From IMG/VR virus record IMGVR_UViG_3300045988_152616, positions 1 through 41,265 of that record: DNA of 41,265 nt; one strand, given 5' to 3'. A program made the position numbers and the translations under genes. Shown here piece by piece: positions 25,601 through 33,505 of the stretch (positions within the stretch are counted from its first letter, which is position 1; every line of letters begins with the position of its first letter). Under the pieces are notes generated by a model that worked only from the letters and a program-made list of their open reading frames with translations, had not been told where the DNA came from and searched no databases. The stretch comes from a virus.

Positions 25601-26343
25601 GCAGAGAACACATCCCCAAAGGCGCTGCTGGCCTCTTTGGCTTCATTCCCAGCATCGTCCAGAGACCGGTCCAACTTGTCCGCTGCGTCGGCAGCGTCCT
25701 GCATAGCACTCCGGCTCTGCTTTAGCTCCGTGGAGAGTTTTTCAATTTGCGAAGCGAATTGTTTCGCCTCGGACGATCCGTCGCCAAACTCTAATACGGC
25801 ATTGCTATATGCCTGTTTTAACCCCTTGAGGTCGCCCTCCTGCTGAGAGATCTTTTGACTCAGCCGGTCAAAGGCACTTACGGCCTGGGTAGTCTCCGTA
25901 GAAACGCCACCCATTTCAGCCTGGAGCCGGTTGATTTCTGCGGTTGTATTGTTGATCTGGGTACCCAAATCATTGACAACCTTGTTTTGGCGGTTATAGG
26001 CATTGTTTGCCTTTGTCACCGCCATCACCATTTCGTCCTGGCTGGAATACTGCGCGTTTGCAGCATCTTCCGCCGCCTGGGCCAGCTCTTTTAATTTTGC
26101 GGACTGCCGGTCATACTGGCCATTCAATACAGATAGCTTTTGTTTCTGTGCCTCCAGGGACCGGCCCAAAATATCAGACTGCTTTGCCGCCCGGGTTTCA
26201 GCGCTGTCCAGCCCAGACATAGAGGTGACGGCGGACTTCATTTCGCTGCTCAGATTCTTGATCTGAGAATTTATCGCTTTGAGTGCAGACGAAAATTCTT
26301 TTTCGCCATCAACGCCTACTCGAATAGATACATCCGTTGCCAT
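22675..26343 (-). CDS. Tape measure protein
   Basis: 1222 aa, coiled-coil and Ala/Gln-rich with central hydrophobic segments. Lies downstream of the frameshifted chaperone pair. Confidence 0.92.
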   Translation of the reverse strand: MATDVSIRVGVDGEKEFSSALKAINSQIKNLSSEMKSAVTSMSGLDSAETRAAKQSDILGRSLEAQKQKLSVLNGQYDRQSAKLKELAQAAEDAANAQYSSQDEMVMAVTKANNAYNRQNKVVNDLGTQINNTTAEINRLQAEMGGVSTETTQAVSAFDRLSQKISQQEGDLKGLKQAYSNAVLEFGDGSSEAKQFASQIEKLSTELKQSRSAMQDAADAADKLDRSLDDAGNEAKEASSAFGDVFSADMLSDGIQSVVSGIADLVESTSEYRRIMASLEVSSQKAGYTAEQTAQSYQQFYSVLGDEQSSATALSNLQALGLSQEDLTKMIDGTIGAWATYGDSIPIDSLAESVNETIRVSKATGTFSDVLNWAGTSEDEFNAALESANSETERANLVLKELSRQGLVSAAEEWRNTNSAIVETNKASSDLNDALARAGDALSPMVAKVKEFAANLVNGFLDIAESSDIAIPAITGVATAIGVLAAASVVSKIGQLVSSLGLLATLTNPFVLLGAAAAGVAAAIVTLSQSEGEYISYSEQFANRIQETTDQINEHADSFNSLQESVGESMASIQSEMGIVEQYVGELQSITDANGRVIEGYEERAAYLADYINNKVPGAVSASESEAGAVYKVSDAIDDLIFARKQEAALNAIQPAYEEALTKQLQAWQDLTQATRDYNVAQEQVNTLQGMLADTGGLTAKQYSDLRIQLDAANEALAQSEQNLNTAQGTWDSYNQTLETYNQIANATTGDMAALDQAIAQSSANIVKASGDNQAALEENVAKMQADYQNMVVYIAEHWNQMSETERNGWASLLEQQRSALETQVNEAREGGVQIPTAIGTGMNEGAYHLTGSAQQIYMQLMQELMPGVDAAQIGAAWDFLVSNGIITNAGTVNMAAASVADGAQTTLDATMNDGQPQQTGATAAQGVAEGITSQSGTVNNAAANVVTGAKTTADATVQSSNFPATGTTIGQNTASGIDSSAPTVYSSMSELIAGTKSTGDSAVAGGNFPAIGTDADGEVASGISSAVGTVTDQMVSMINTARSVGYQMVRDFTVIGYAINDAIAGAINVNALNSKLRQMARNALSAARSELRINSPSKDFRDKVGKPITEGVVVGVDSTANDAVKSVKNMARSVANAATIKKVQSQFEYGASLVTRPSLNTPSALPQAATAAVPRGAATREVYQVEIPLVINGKELYRATFNDLRAALNGNARRTAKSPMI

Positions 26344-26354
26344 GCAGTCACCTC

Positions 26355-26908
26355 CTACTTAAAACTCAACAAGCGCATGAATTCGCTTTCGTTGTCCTCA
26401 ATCGTCGGCTTGCGTTTTGCGCCCTCGCTTTTTATCTGCTGGATCGCGATGAAATCAAGTAGTTCCCCAAAAGGAAGGACAAGCGTCTCATGCCGAGAAA
26501 GACCGATTTTCATCCCATACCACAAAAGCCAGGCAGAGGTCAGCTTTCCTCCTGCCTGGCCTCTACGTTTTTTTCGGGCTCGACCTCCACAGTGGTCTTG
26601 CTCCCCTCTGCAACAACAGAGGAAAGGTCAGCAAAAATTTGCTTGAAGTCATCAATCCCGATGCAGGAAAGCACTTCCTTTTCAGTAACTCGGGGAGGAA
26701 CCTCCATGCCGTTATATTCAGCGTAGTCGCTACCAGCGTTCATAACCTGAGTTAAGAACCACATAGCATCCGCGGTCTTTCCGCTTAATACCTGCTGGAG
26801 CCCCTTGTCTGCATCGCCATACTTCTCCTCCAGGGCCACAACGACCCCGGAGGAAAAGCAAGCAAGATGCGTGTTCCCTCTAAAATTCACGTTAATTGTG
26901 CGCATCAC
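26355..26908 (-). CDS. Tail assembly chaperone -1 frameshift product (gpGT-like)
   Basis: Slippery A_AAA_AAC at 26573-26567. The -1 frame stays open for about 70 codons (KRRGQAGGKLTSAWLLWYGMKIGLSRHETLVLPFGELLDFIAIQQIK...) to TAG 26357-26355, just before the tape measure RBS. Confidence 0.75.
26540..26908 (-). CDS. Tail assembly chaperone (gpG-like)
   Basis: 122 aa, between the major tail and tape measure genes. Contains a slippery site near its 3-prime end. Confidence 0.8.
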   Translation of the reverse strand: MMRTINVNFRGNTHLACFSSGVVVALEEKYGDADKGLQQVLSGKTADAMWFLTQVMNAGSDYAEYNGMEVPPRVTEKEVLSCIGIDDFKQIFADLSSVVAEGSKTTVEVEPEKNVEARQEES

Positions 26909-27795
26909 GCACCCTCCTTCGCTGTCACCGTCGCCTTACCAGCCTTAACCGCCTTATTGGCGGCATCAGCTTCCACCACGCCGATCTCCTGGCCAGTGGT
27001 CGCCTGGATGGCAGACATCCCATTCCAGGGCGTCCAGCTAGACACATCCTCGCCATATTCTGCCGGGAGGGTAACGTCCGTGTTCACCTGGTACACATAG
27101 TGGTTCCCGTATGTAATGGAGGGCGCCACGGTAATTTCGGTTTCCCCTGTCTCGGACCCTGCGGCGCTGGAAACCGTCAGTGTGCCCAGGGTCGGATTAG
27201 GGTTTGTGATGTTCAGCGCATCCTTAATAGCTGCCTCCGCGTCGGCCTCGGTGTCCATGGGGGTGGACTGCATCTGCCAGCCGTGTTTGACGCTGTCGTC
27301 GCGCATAACGGTTGCAGTCAGCTCCTTGGCCTGCCACTCGATGGTCTCGCCCTGAGTGACGGCAGAGATGCCGGGATTGGCGAACTGGATTTTGTTGAAA
27401 ACCACCGCAATCCACTTGGTCTGGCCGCTCTGTTTGGCCTTGATGATGCCGCCGAACCCAACATAAGGGATTGCCTGGTCATCGTCGTAGACAATCCACT
27501 GGGGGCTGGAGGTGGTCACACCATCCACGTCCATGGCCTCCTGCTTGAGGCCGAGGATTGCCAGCATGGGAGAGGGAAGAAGATCATCCGTGGACAGGGT
27601 GATAGTGCCGCCGGAAAACTGGTTGTCCGTTTCTGCCACGGCGTTGTCGGCACAAAAATTGTTGCTGTCCCCCTCTTCCAGTTCGAGGGTCAGCTCGGTG
27701 GCCTTGCCGATCAGGCCGCCGTTGGAGTAGGTAACGGTGTTGCCATCGTTGCTGTAGATGGCGTAATAGGGTTTGGATAAACCGATGGTTGCCAT
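26905..27795 (-). CDS. Major tail protein (phi13/TP901-1-like) with C-terminal Ig-like extension
   Basis: 296 aa. MATIGLSKPYYAIY...GKATELTLELE pattern. Confidence 0.85.
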   Translation of the reverse strand: MATIGLSKPYYAIYSNDGNTVTYSNGGLIGKATELTLELEEGDSNNFCADNAVAETDNQFSGGTITLSTDDLLPSPMLAILGLKQEAMDVDGVTTSSPQWIVYDDDQAIPYVGFGGIIKAKQSGQTKWIAVVFNKIQFANPGISAVTQGETIEWQAKELTATVMRDDSVKHGWQMQSTPMDTEADAEAAIKDALNITNPNPTLGTLTVSSAAGSETGETEITVAPSITYGNHYVYQVNTDVTLPAEYGEDVSSWTPWNGMSAIQATTGQEIGVVEADAANKAVKAGKATVTAKEGA

Positions 27796-27801
27796 ATGCG
27801 A

Positions 27802-28278
27802 TCATCCTTTCGAAAGTTTTTTGAATTCTTCTTCCGCTACCTGGACCATCCGTTCTCTGGCTTGTCCTCTAGTAGCTCGAAGCGCGTTCGCGAAAAACGG
27901 GATTTTCTTTGAGAACGAAGTCCCGGACTGCGTCGCTCTGGCGATCATGATATTTGCCTTGCCGTTTGCGTTGTAATCCGGTTGCTGGAAGCCGATCAAG
28001 GTATTGATGAAACCGTTATCGTCCTGCATATCCGCAATACCGAACGAATCCTGTAGCCCAGCTTTCTCCACAGCCGTAATTCCATTTTTGGGGTGGCTTT
28101 CTGTGCCCCAGCTTTCATCAATAGGGATGGCGCTGATGTTCGCAGATACCTGGTTGGCAATAATGGCGCTCCCCTCATACACAGCCTTTTTGACTACGTC
28201 ATCTGCGTTCTCACCTAGAGATCGAATGATTTGGAGGTACTCATTGATTGCATTAGTCGTTACCTTAGCCTTCGGCAT
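27802..28278 (-). CDS. Tail completion / HK97 gp10-like protein
   Basis: 158 aa. Called from synteny between the neck genes and the major tail gene. Confidence 0.55.
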   Translation of the reverse strand: MPKAKVTTNAINEYLQIIRSLGENADDVVKKAVYEGSAIIANQVSANISAIPIDESWGTESHPKNGITAVEKAGLQDSFGIADMQDDNGFINTLIGFQQPDYNANGKANIMIARATQSGTSFSKKIPFFANALRATRGQARERMVQVAEEEFKKLSKG

Positions 28279-28597
28279 CGTCTGTCACCTCCCAATACCA
28301 TTCGTAATGGGTGAATCCCGTTTCCTCTTCGTACTGCGTGGAGTTCAGGACCCAGGCGATCCCGGCGGCGTCAAACGCTTCCTCTATCTGTTCTTTCCAC
28401 GGGTCAAACTCCTGTTTGGTATACAGGTCTGTGTACCCGGTAACAGCCTTTTCCGCGTGAAGGTTGCCTGCCTCCAGGTCGTTGGCTCCGGTTTCTCCCC
28501 AGACGAAATACCGGTCCGAATGCAGCTTTTCGTCGTGGCTGACAGAATCCGTCACCGACGTGTGTGCAGAAATGATTGTTTCGTACCACCTCATCAT
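28265..28597 (-). CDS. Head-tail joining (neck) protein, putative
   Basis: 110 aa. Called from synteny. Confidence 0.5.
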   Translation of the reverse strand: MMRWYETIISAHTSVTDSVSHDEKLHSDRYFVWGETGANDLEAGNLHAEKAVTGYTDLYTKQEFDPWKEQIEEAFDAAGIAWVLNSTQYEEETGFTHYEWYWEVTDDAEG

Positions 28598-28977
28598 GGC
28601 ACCTCAAATTCTTGCTCGATTTTGGCGAGGGTGATGTCAACGGATTCCGGCCATACATCCATCACGGACTGCACCAGATCAACGCGGTACTGACGTCCAT
28701 CCTCTGTGATCGCAACATTTTGGTTGTTCACATTTCCGACGCGCTGCGTCCTGATTACCCGCTCAATGTCCACCTGGTTTTGCCGGCCGCTATAGTAACG
28801 TTGGATCCCTAAACGCTGCTCTTCGTAGCGGAGGGAAACCTTTTTCGTCAGCTTAGGTTCTGGCTGGTATCCAGGACGCGCAGCGTCCTCCACAGAATAG
28901 ATGGTTACAACACCGTCGTTGTAACTCTGGGTGACCTGGTTACTGGGACGATACGGTGCCTTCCACGGCTGGGACAT
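28594..28977 (-). CDS. Head closure / head-tail adaptor (SPP1 gp16-like)
   Basis: 127 aa. Called from synteny and a ..LRYEE...I....R.. pattern. Confidence 0.6.
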   Translation of the reverse strand: MSQPWKAPYRPSNQVTQSYNDGVVTIYSVEDAARPGYQPEPKLTKKVSLRYEEQRLGIQRYYSGRQNQVDIERVIRTQRVGNVNNQNVAITEDGRQYRVDLVQSVMDVWPESVDITLAKIEQEFEVP

Positions 28978-29266
28978 ACTCGCTCACCGCCTTTTGGTTC
29001 TGCATCCCGATGACAAGGGGCTGATAGTTGTTTTCAAACACGTCGAGCGCTCCGTCTCTTGCGTACCGCACGTATTCCATCAAGAGAGTGCGCGGAAGCC
29101 CGTCCTCCATGTAGTCTGCCTCCCCGCCATATTTCAGGTCCAGGTACACAGACCCCGCGGCGATGAGGCCGGACACTTTCGCGTCCGTTGCCTCATCGTC
29201 CCAGGTGATGTTCAGGTAGTTCTTTACATCGGCCAGCAACGTTTCAGGAATGTTTTCCCGTTGCAT
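28940..29266 (-). CDS. gp6-like head-tail connector protein
   Basis: 108 aa. LLADVKNYLNITWDDEATDAKVSGLIAAGSVYL is typical of this family. Confidence 0.75.
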   Translation of the reverse strand: MQRENIPETLLADVKNYLNITWDDEATDAKVSGLIAAGSVYLDLKYGGEADYMEDGLPRTLLMEYVRYARDGALDVFENNYQPLVIGMQNQKAVSEYVPAVEGTVSSQ

Positions 29267-29277
29267 ACCATCACCCC

Positions 29278-29754
29278 TTAAGAGCTTGCCAGGATCCCAG
29301 CTGCACGAAGGGAAGCCAGCAGGCCGTTAAACTCTTCCATAGTAGGAGCTGCGGCTGCGTCTGCAACGGCAGTGGCCATCTTCACGCCGCCCAGCGCGCT
29401 AGTGGTAGCAGCAGGAAGCGTATAAGAGGGGCCGGCGGGGCCCTGGGCCCCAGTATCGCCCTTGTCACCCTTAGCACCCTTCAAATTTTTGAAGGCGAAC
29501 GAAAACACTTTGGCAGTATCAGGGCCAGATGCAGATACCGTTACAGAGGGTGTCCCAGTGTTGGCGTCTACGGTAGCTGTGGGGGTACCAAACCCAGCAG
29601 CAGCACCAGCGGGACCGGTAGCACCTGTTGCCCCAGTTGCCCCGGCGGGTCCCTGGGGGCCGACCTGCTCATTCTGAACACCCTGTTCGAGCTTATTCAT
29701 CTTCTCGGCGGTGATAAGATCACCATCGGTCCAAGTCGTGGGTGTATATGCCAT
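29278..29754 (-). CDS. Collagen-like repeat protein (possible capsid decoration/fibre)
   Basis: ATG 29754 (MAYTPTTWTDGD...). GPQGPAGATGATGATGPAG and GAKGDKGDTGAQGPAGP G-X-Y runs. Confidence 0.7.
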   Translation of the reverse strand: MAYTPTTWTDGDLITAEKMNKLEQGVQNEQVGPQGPAGATGATGATGPAGAAAGFGTPTATVDANTGTPSVTVSASGPDTAKVFSFAFKNLKGAKGDKGDTGAQGPAGPSYTLPAATTSALGGVKMATAVADAAAAPTMEEFNGLLASLRAAGILASS

Positions 29755-29842
29755 CTGAAATCGTCCTCTCTGGTTCAAGTCGTTCCAATCCGTGCTCTTC
29801 CAATCTCCCCCGAGCCAACGAGCCCGGTATCAGCCGGGGGTG

Positions 29843-31342
29843 TTAACCCCCCGACTTGGTCACCGTAACAGTGTAAGATTTGTTCGCGGTACCATTCGCT
29901 GCGGTCACCTTCGCGATCAGGGTGTTTGCGCCTTCCTTCCAGGTAACTGCTCGTCCATTCACGACGGGAGCGGCTGCATCGTCGCTGGGCCCCTGGTTCG
30001 TGATTTCGATGGTCGCATTTGCGTCTGCCGGGATTGCCATGACCGTGTTGGTAGCGTTGGTGGTAGACGCGGTATAGGTAGTAGTACCGGCTGCAAAGGC
30101 GGGAGACAGGGTCAGGCCGCCGATCCGCAGGTCTGCCAGATCATCCACATCGGAAGCAGTGGGGGCTGCGACCTGCTGCACCTTCCACACGGCGGGCTGG
30201 ATGGCGGAGATGTCCAGGACGAAGAAAGCGTTGTTGTCCATGGGGAAGCCGTTTGCGTAGCCCTTGATCAGGTATACGCGCTCATCCTCCAGGAACCGGT
30301 AGTGATCGGAGTACTCAATCCGGCCGTCTCGGGCAGAGCCGATAGCGGCAAAGTACTTGTACCCCAGGCCCATGATCGCCTGGCCCTGCTCCACAGCGGG
30401 GGACTGGATTACAGTCATGGGATAAGGCATCACGTCGTTGGCGTAAGTACCGTTGGGGGTCATCATAGTGGTAGCAGGCATAATCTTCTGGAAGTAGTCC
30501 ACAGGATTGACCACCAGGATCACGTCACGCACATTTCTGGCCTTGCCATTAGGATCCACCGCCATGAGGGAGAGAAGATTACCCACAGTTGCGGGAGACA
30601 AGTCGGACACAGCCACAGGAGCCTTTACGGGGTATACGCCGCCGGTCACAGTCACGTTGTCGCCGACCTGGCGATTCATGCCGATGGGCATCTCGTTGCC
30701 GTCGCCAGCCACAATACCGGCCTCCAGCCCGTTGGCATAGGCCTCATACAAAACCTGCCGCACAAAGCTATCCAGCCATTCAGGGCCCAAATCCAGCATG
30801 GCCTTGCAGACCGGCATAAAGGCGGACAGCTTGAGCAGGCCGGTGTCCACTTCCTTGAATCCGGAGGTCAGCTCCCGGACGATCTCGTCACACAGCTGGC
30901 CCCAGGCAGCTTCCTGGTAGCCGTTGGTGTTCATCATCATCCGGATCGCGCCACGGGTGTTGGTGAACTGGATATGGGACAGCAGAGGGTGGGAAGTCTG
31001 GAGCTCATCGAACACAGCGTCAATGACGGTCTCAGGCATCACCACATCCAGGTTGTTCAGAGCCTGGCGGGGATCCTTTTCCTTCATGGCGCCGATGAGC
31101 TTCTGATAGAAGACCCTCTCCTTGCTGGTGAGCTGGCGCACGCCACGGGCGGTCAATACAGAGGTGTCAATCCCCTGCTTCATCTCCTCCACCTGCTCGG
31201 CGGCTCTCTGCTGCACATCGTCGCCGATGTTCTGAATCATCTCGTCAAAGGCGACCGAGAACGCATCGGTGTTGCCGTCCTTTATGGCCTGCTGAATTTG
31301 GGCCCGGATCTCGTCCCGGGTCAGAGCGTCATTATTTCTCAT
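29843..31342 (-). CDS. Major capsid protein (HK97 fold) fused to a C-terminal cadherin-like/Ig-like domain
   Basis: 499 aa. Follows the Clp-type protease. C-terminus LTLSPAFAAGTTTYTASTTNATNTVMAIPADANATIEI...YTVTVTK. Confidence 0.85.
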   Translation of the reverse strand: MRNNDALTRDEIRAQIQQAIKDGNTDAFSVAFDEMIQNIGDDVQQRAAEQVEEMKQGIDTSVLTARGVRQLTSKERVFYQKLIGAMKEKDPRQALNNLDVVMPETVIDAVFDELQTSHPLLSHIQFTNTRGAIRMMMNTNGYQEAAWGQLCDEIVRELTSGFKEVDTGLLKLSAFMPVCKAMLDLGPEWLDSFVRQVLYEAYANGLEAGIVAGDGNEMPIGMNRQVGDNVTVTGGVYPVKAPVAVSDLSPATVGNLLSLMAVDPNGKARNVRDVILVVNPVDYFQKIMPATTMMTPNGTYANDVMPYPMTVIQSPAVEQGQAIMGLGYKYFAAIGSARDGRIEYSDHYRFLEDERVYLIKGYANGFPMDNNAFFVLDISAIQPAVWKVQQVAAPTASDVDDLADLRIGGLTLSPAFAAGTTTYTASTTNATNTVMAIPADANATIEITNQGPSDDAAAPVVNGRAVTWKEGANTLIAKVTAANGTANKSYTVTVTKSGG

Positions 31343-31347
31343 TCGGG

Positions 31348-32055
31348 TCAGTTCTCCTTTCTGTTATCAAAAAGTTTCATGATAGGGTTGATAGGAACGG
31401 ACTCTTCTGCCCTGGGTTCCTCCGGGGGCTCCTCTCTAGGTTTCTCCTGCTTGGGCACCTCAGAAAACACTCGCTGGATAATCCATCGCTTGGCTGTCTG
31501 GACTACAGGAGCCGACGGGTCTGCGGTGATGGCCGTAGCAAGGCCGTACTCCAGCGCCTGCGCAGGCGTCAACCATGTCTCCGCCTCCATCAGTTGACGA
31601 ACGGTATCAGCATCCATACCGGCCCGCTCGACGAATGCATTGATTCCAACGTCGGTCATGAAATCCGCCTCATCCGCCGCAGCACGCAGGTCTTTGGCGT
31701 AGCCCTCGGCACTCATCGTCACCTGGTGGAGGTAGTAGGCGGACAGGTTGGACGCAATCCTCTCATCGCCAGCCAGGAATGGATAGAGGGCCGCGCTGGC
31801 AACGAATCCGTCTCCATATGTCACAACCTTAGCCTGGTGCTGCCGAAGCGCGTTGTAAATCGCCCAACCTTCCGAAACGGATCCACCGTAGCTGTCGATG
31901 TGAACGCGGATTTCGTCAACCTCGAGCGCCTCGATCTCGCGACGAATCCCATTTGCAGATACATCTCCATCAAAAAATTCGAATGGTACGATGTCGCCAA
32001 AAATGTAGATATCCGCCGCTCTGTCGGCTTGCTGGATTGCATAGTAATTTCTCAC
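31348..32055 (-). CDS. ClpP-family head maturation protease
   Basis: 235 aa. IDSYGGSVSEGWAIYNAL...GFVASAA (Ser protease S14 pattern). Confidence 0.88.
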   Translation of the reverse strand: MRNYYAIQQADRAADIYIFGDIVPFEFFDGDVSANGIRREIEALEVDEIRVHIDSYGGSVSEGWAIYNALRQHQAKVVTYGDGFVASAALYPFLAGDERIASNLSAYYLHQVTMSAEGYAKDLRAAADEADFMTDVGINAFVERAGMDADTVRQLMEAETWLTPAQALEYGLATAITADPSAPVVQTAKRWIIQRVFSEVPKQEKPREEPPEEPRAEESVPINPIMKLFDNRKEN

Positions 32056-32061
32056 GTTGTA

Positions 32062-33237
32062 TCACTCCTTCCCCGTGCTTAGGTTTCGGGTAGCTTCCCC
32101 CATGGTGGCTATATTCAAGGTCATAAAGTGTTCATCGCCCCACGGCTCTGTAATCGGGGGCTGGTTGGCCGCCCGCAGCACGTCGTTGATGGTGAATGCG
32201 CCGGACCCGACCAACTTTTCCACGTTGGCCGCGTTGGCGAAAATATCGAAGTGAATGATGCTAGAGGTGTCAATCCGAAGGAAGTTCCCTCGGCTCCAAC
32301 CCTCATACCCGTACCGCTTCCGATTGATTTCCTCTTGGAGTTGGTCCGCAAGAGGGTCGATGCAGTTTGTGAGGAAGCGTGTGTTGGCATCCGCCGTTCC
32401 CTCGACAGAGCCGTTGACCAACACGGACGGGATCAGGAACCCCCTTGCGGTAAAGTCGAAGATGTCCTCTATCATGGCTCTGATATCCCTTGTGTCCCTG
32501 CTGGCACCAGAAGCCCCGCTGACGTTTTCGTAGGTGTATCCGTCGAACTCTGGCAAGATAGCTCCGTCGCTTTCCAAAAACGGCTTAACCTGGGCGGCAA
32601 TCATCTCTTGAAACTTCTCTGCCCACCCTTTGTCGCCCTGGGCGATTTGATTTACATGAACCTTCCAGTGCTGGCCGTTCCCCCAGGTGTACGCCTTCAT
32701 CGCCGCGGACACCATCCGCCAATAGGACTGGTACAGTCCGTCCAGGATTGGCTTCATGTTTGTTTGGTTCAGCCTCAAGTGGATGACGCTGTTTTCATAG
32801 AACGGATACTGGAATTGGTACTCATCCACTGTGACGCCGCTATACTCGTTTTGCCGGGAGGGCCACAACGCCGGAGGTTCCCAGGTGTCCGCCACCACAA
32901 GCGAATCAAGGTCGCCTCGCTTCATCGTGTCTACCACCAAGGCCTCGTTATTCTGGTACAACCGAGCGACTAACTTATGAAGGAACGCACTGGAGTTTTG
33001 GTTCGTGTTCGGAGATACGTTCCACAGGTAGTACTCTCTCCCCTTTACCTCTTCGTTGGCTTGGAAGGTGCGGAATTCGCACCGCCCCAACGCATTGGCA
33101 ACCATGTTCACGCAGACCCAGAAGGACAACTCGCGCACCTGGTACTCCTGTGCAGCGTCGAACAGCTCGCGACAGGTTACCTCAACAGGGTCAGACTGGC
33201 TTCGCTCCCGAAGCCATCGAAAGAAATTGATTCCCAC
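32062..33237 (-). CDS. Portal protein (HK97 family)
   Basis: 391 aa. GTG 33237 after AAAGGAGG. Lies between the terminase and protease genes. Confidence 0.88.
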   Translation of the reverse strand: MGINFFRWLRERSQSDPVEVTCRELFDAAQEYQVRELSFWVCVNMVANALGRCEFRTFQANEEVKGREYYLWNVSPNTNQNSSAFLHKLVARLYQNNEALVVDTMKRGDLDSLVVADTWEPPALWPSRQNEYSGVTVDEYQFQYPFYENSVIHLRLNQTNMKPILDGLYQSYWRMVSAAMKAYTWGNGQHWKVHVNQIAQGDKGWAEKFQEMIAAQVKPFLESDGAILPEFDGYTYENVSGASGASRDTRDIRAMIEDIFDFTARGFLIPSVLVNGSVEGTADANTRFLTNCIDPLADQLQEEINRKRYGYEGWSRGNFLRIDTSSIIHFDIFANAANVEKLVGSGAFTINDVLRAANQPPITEPWGDEHFMTLNIATMGEATRNLSTGKE

Positions 33238-33263
33238 CAGTTCGCCTCCTTTCAGTTTTACTT

Positions 33264-33304
33264 AAAAGAAAAGAGCCAACCGCCGATCTCTCGGCAGTTG
33301 GCTC
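33264..33304 (-). terminator. Terminator-like hairpin inside the late operon
   Basis: 13-bp stem AGCCAACTGCCGA/TCGGCGGTTGGCT (one G-U pair), loop GAGA, then CTTTTCTTTT on the minus strand. Sits just upstream of the portal RBS. Confidence 0.5.
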
Positions 33305-33331
33305 AATGGCTCTCGAACTTGGAAACTGATT

Positions 33332-33496
33332 TTATTTTTCCCAGCGGATTTCCCCGCTCCAATTGCAACGGGTCCCATCCTTTCGTTTCTGCTTGCAAGT
33401 GACATACACCCCGCGGGCCCCCGGCGTTACCGGGTGGATCTTTTTCCCGCACCTAGGGCAGCAAAACCAGGTTTGTCCATTGAATTCTTTCAGCAC
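33332..33496 (-). CDS. Small zinc-ribbon protein (54 aa)
   Basis: My own translation from GTG 33496 (GAGG 7 nt upstream): LKEFNGQTWFCCPRCGKKIHPVTPGARGVYVTCKQKRKDGTRCNWSGEIRWEK. Confidence 0.45.
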   Translation of the reverse strand: MLKEFNGQTWFCCPRCGKKIHPVTPGARGVYVTCKQKRKDGTRCNWSGEIRWEK

Positions 33497-33505
33497 ACGC
33501 AAACC

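Noticed and set aside
29792-31597. Long plus-strand ORFs antisense to minus-strand genes (for example 29792..31597, 1960..3000, 18777..19964, 26896..27780, 34052..35140, 8664..9680).
   Set aside because: Each lies opposite a gene with strong family motifs. Their translations are low-complexity (R/G/P/S/H-rich) with no motifs or RBS. They are typical shadow ORFs of GC-rich coding DNA.
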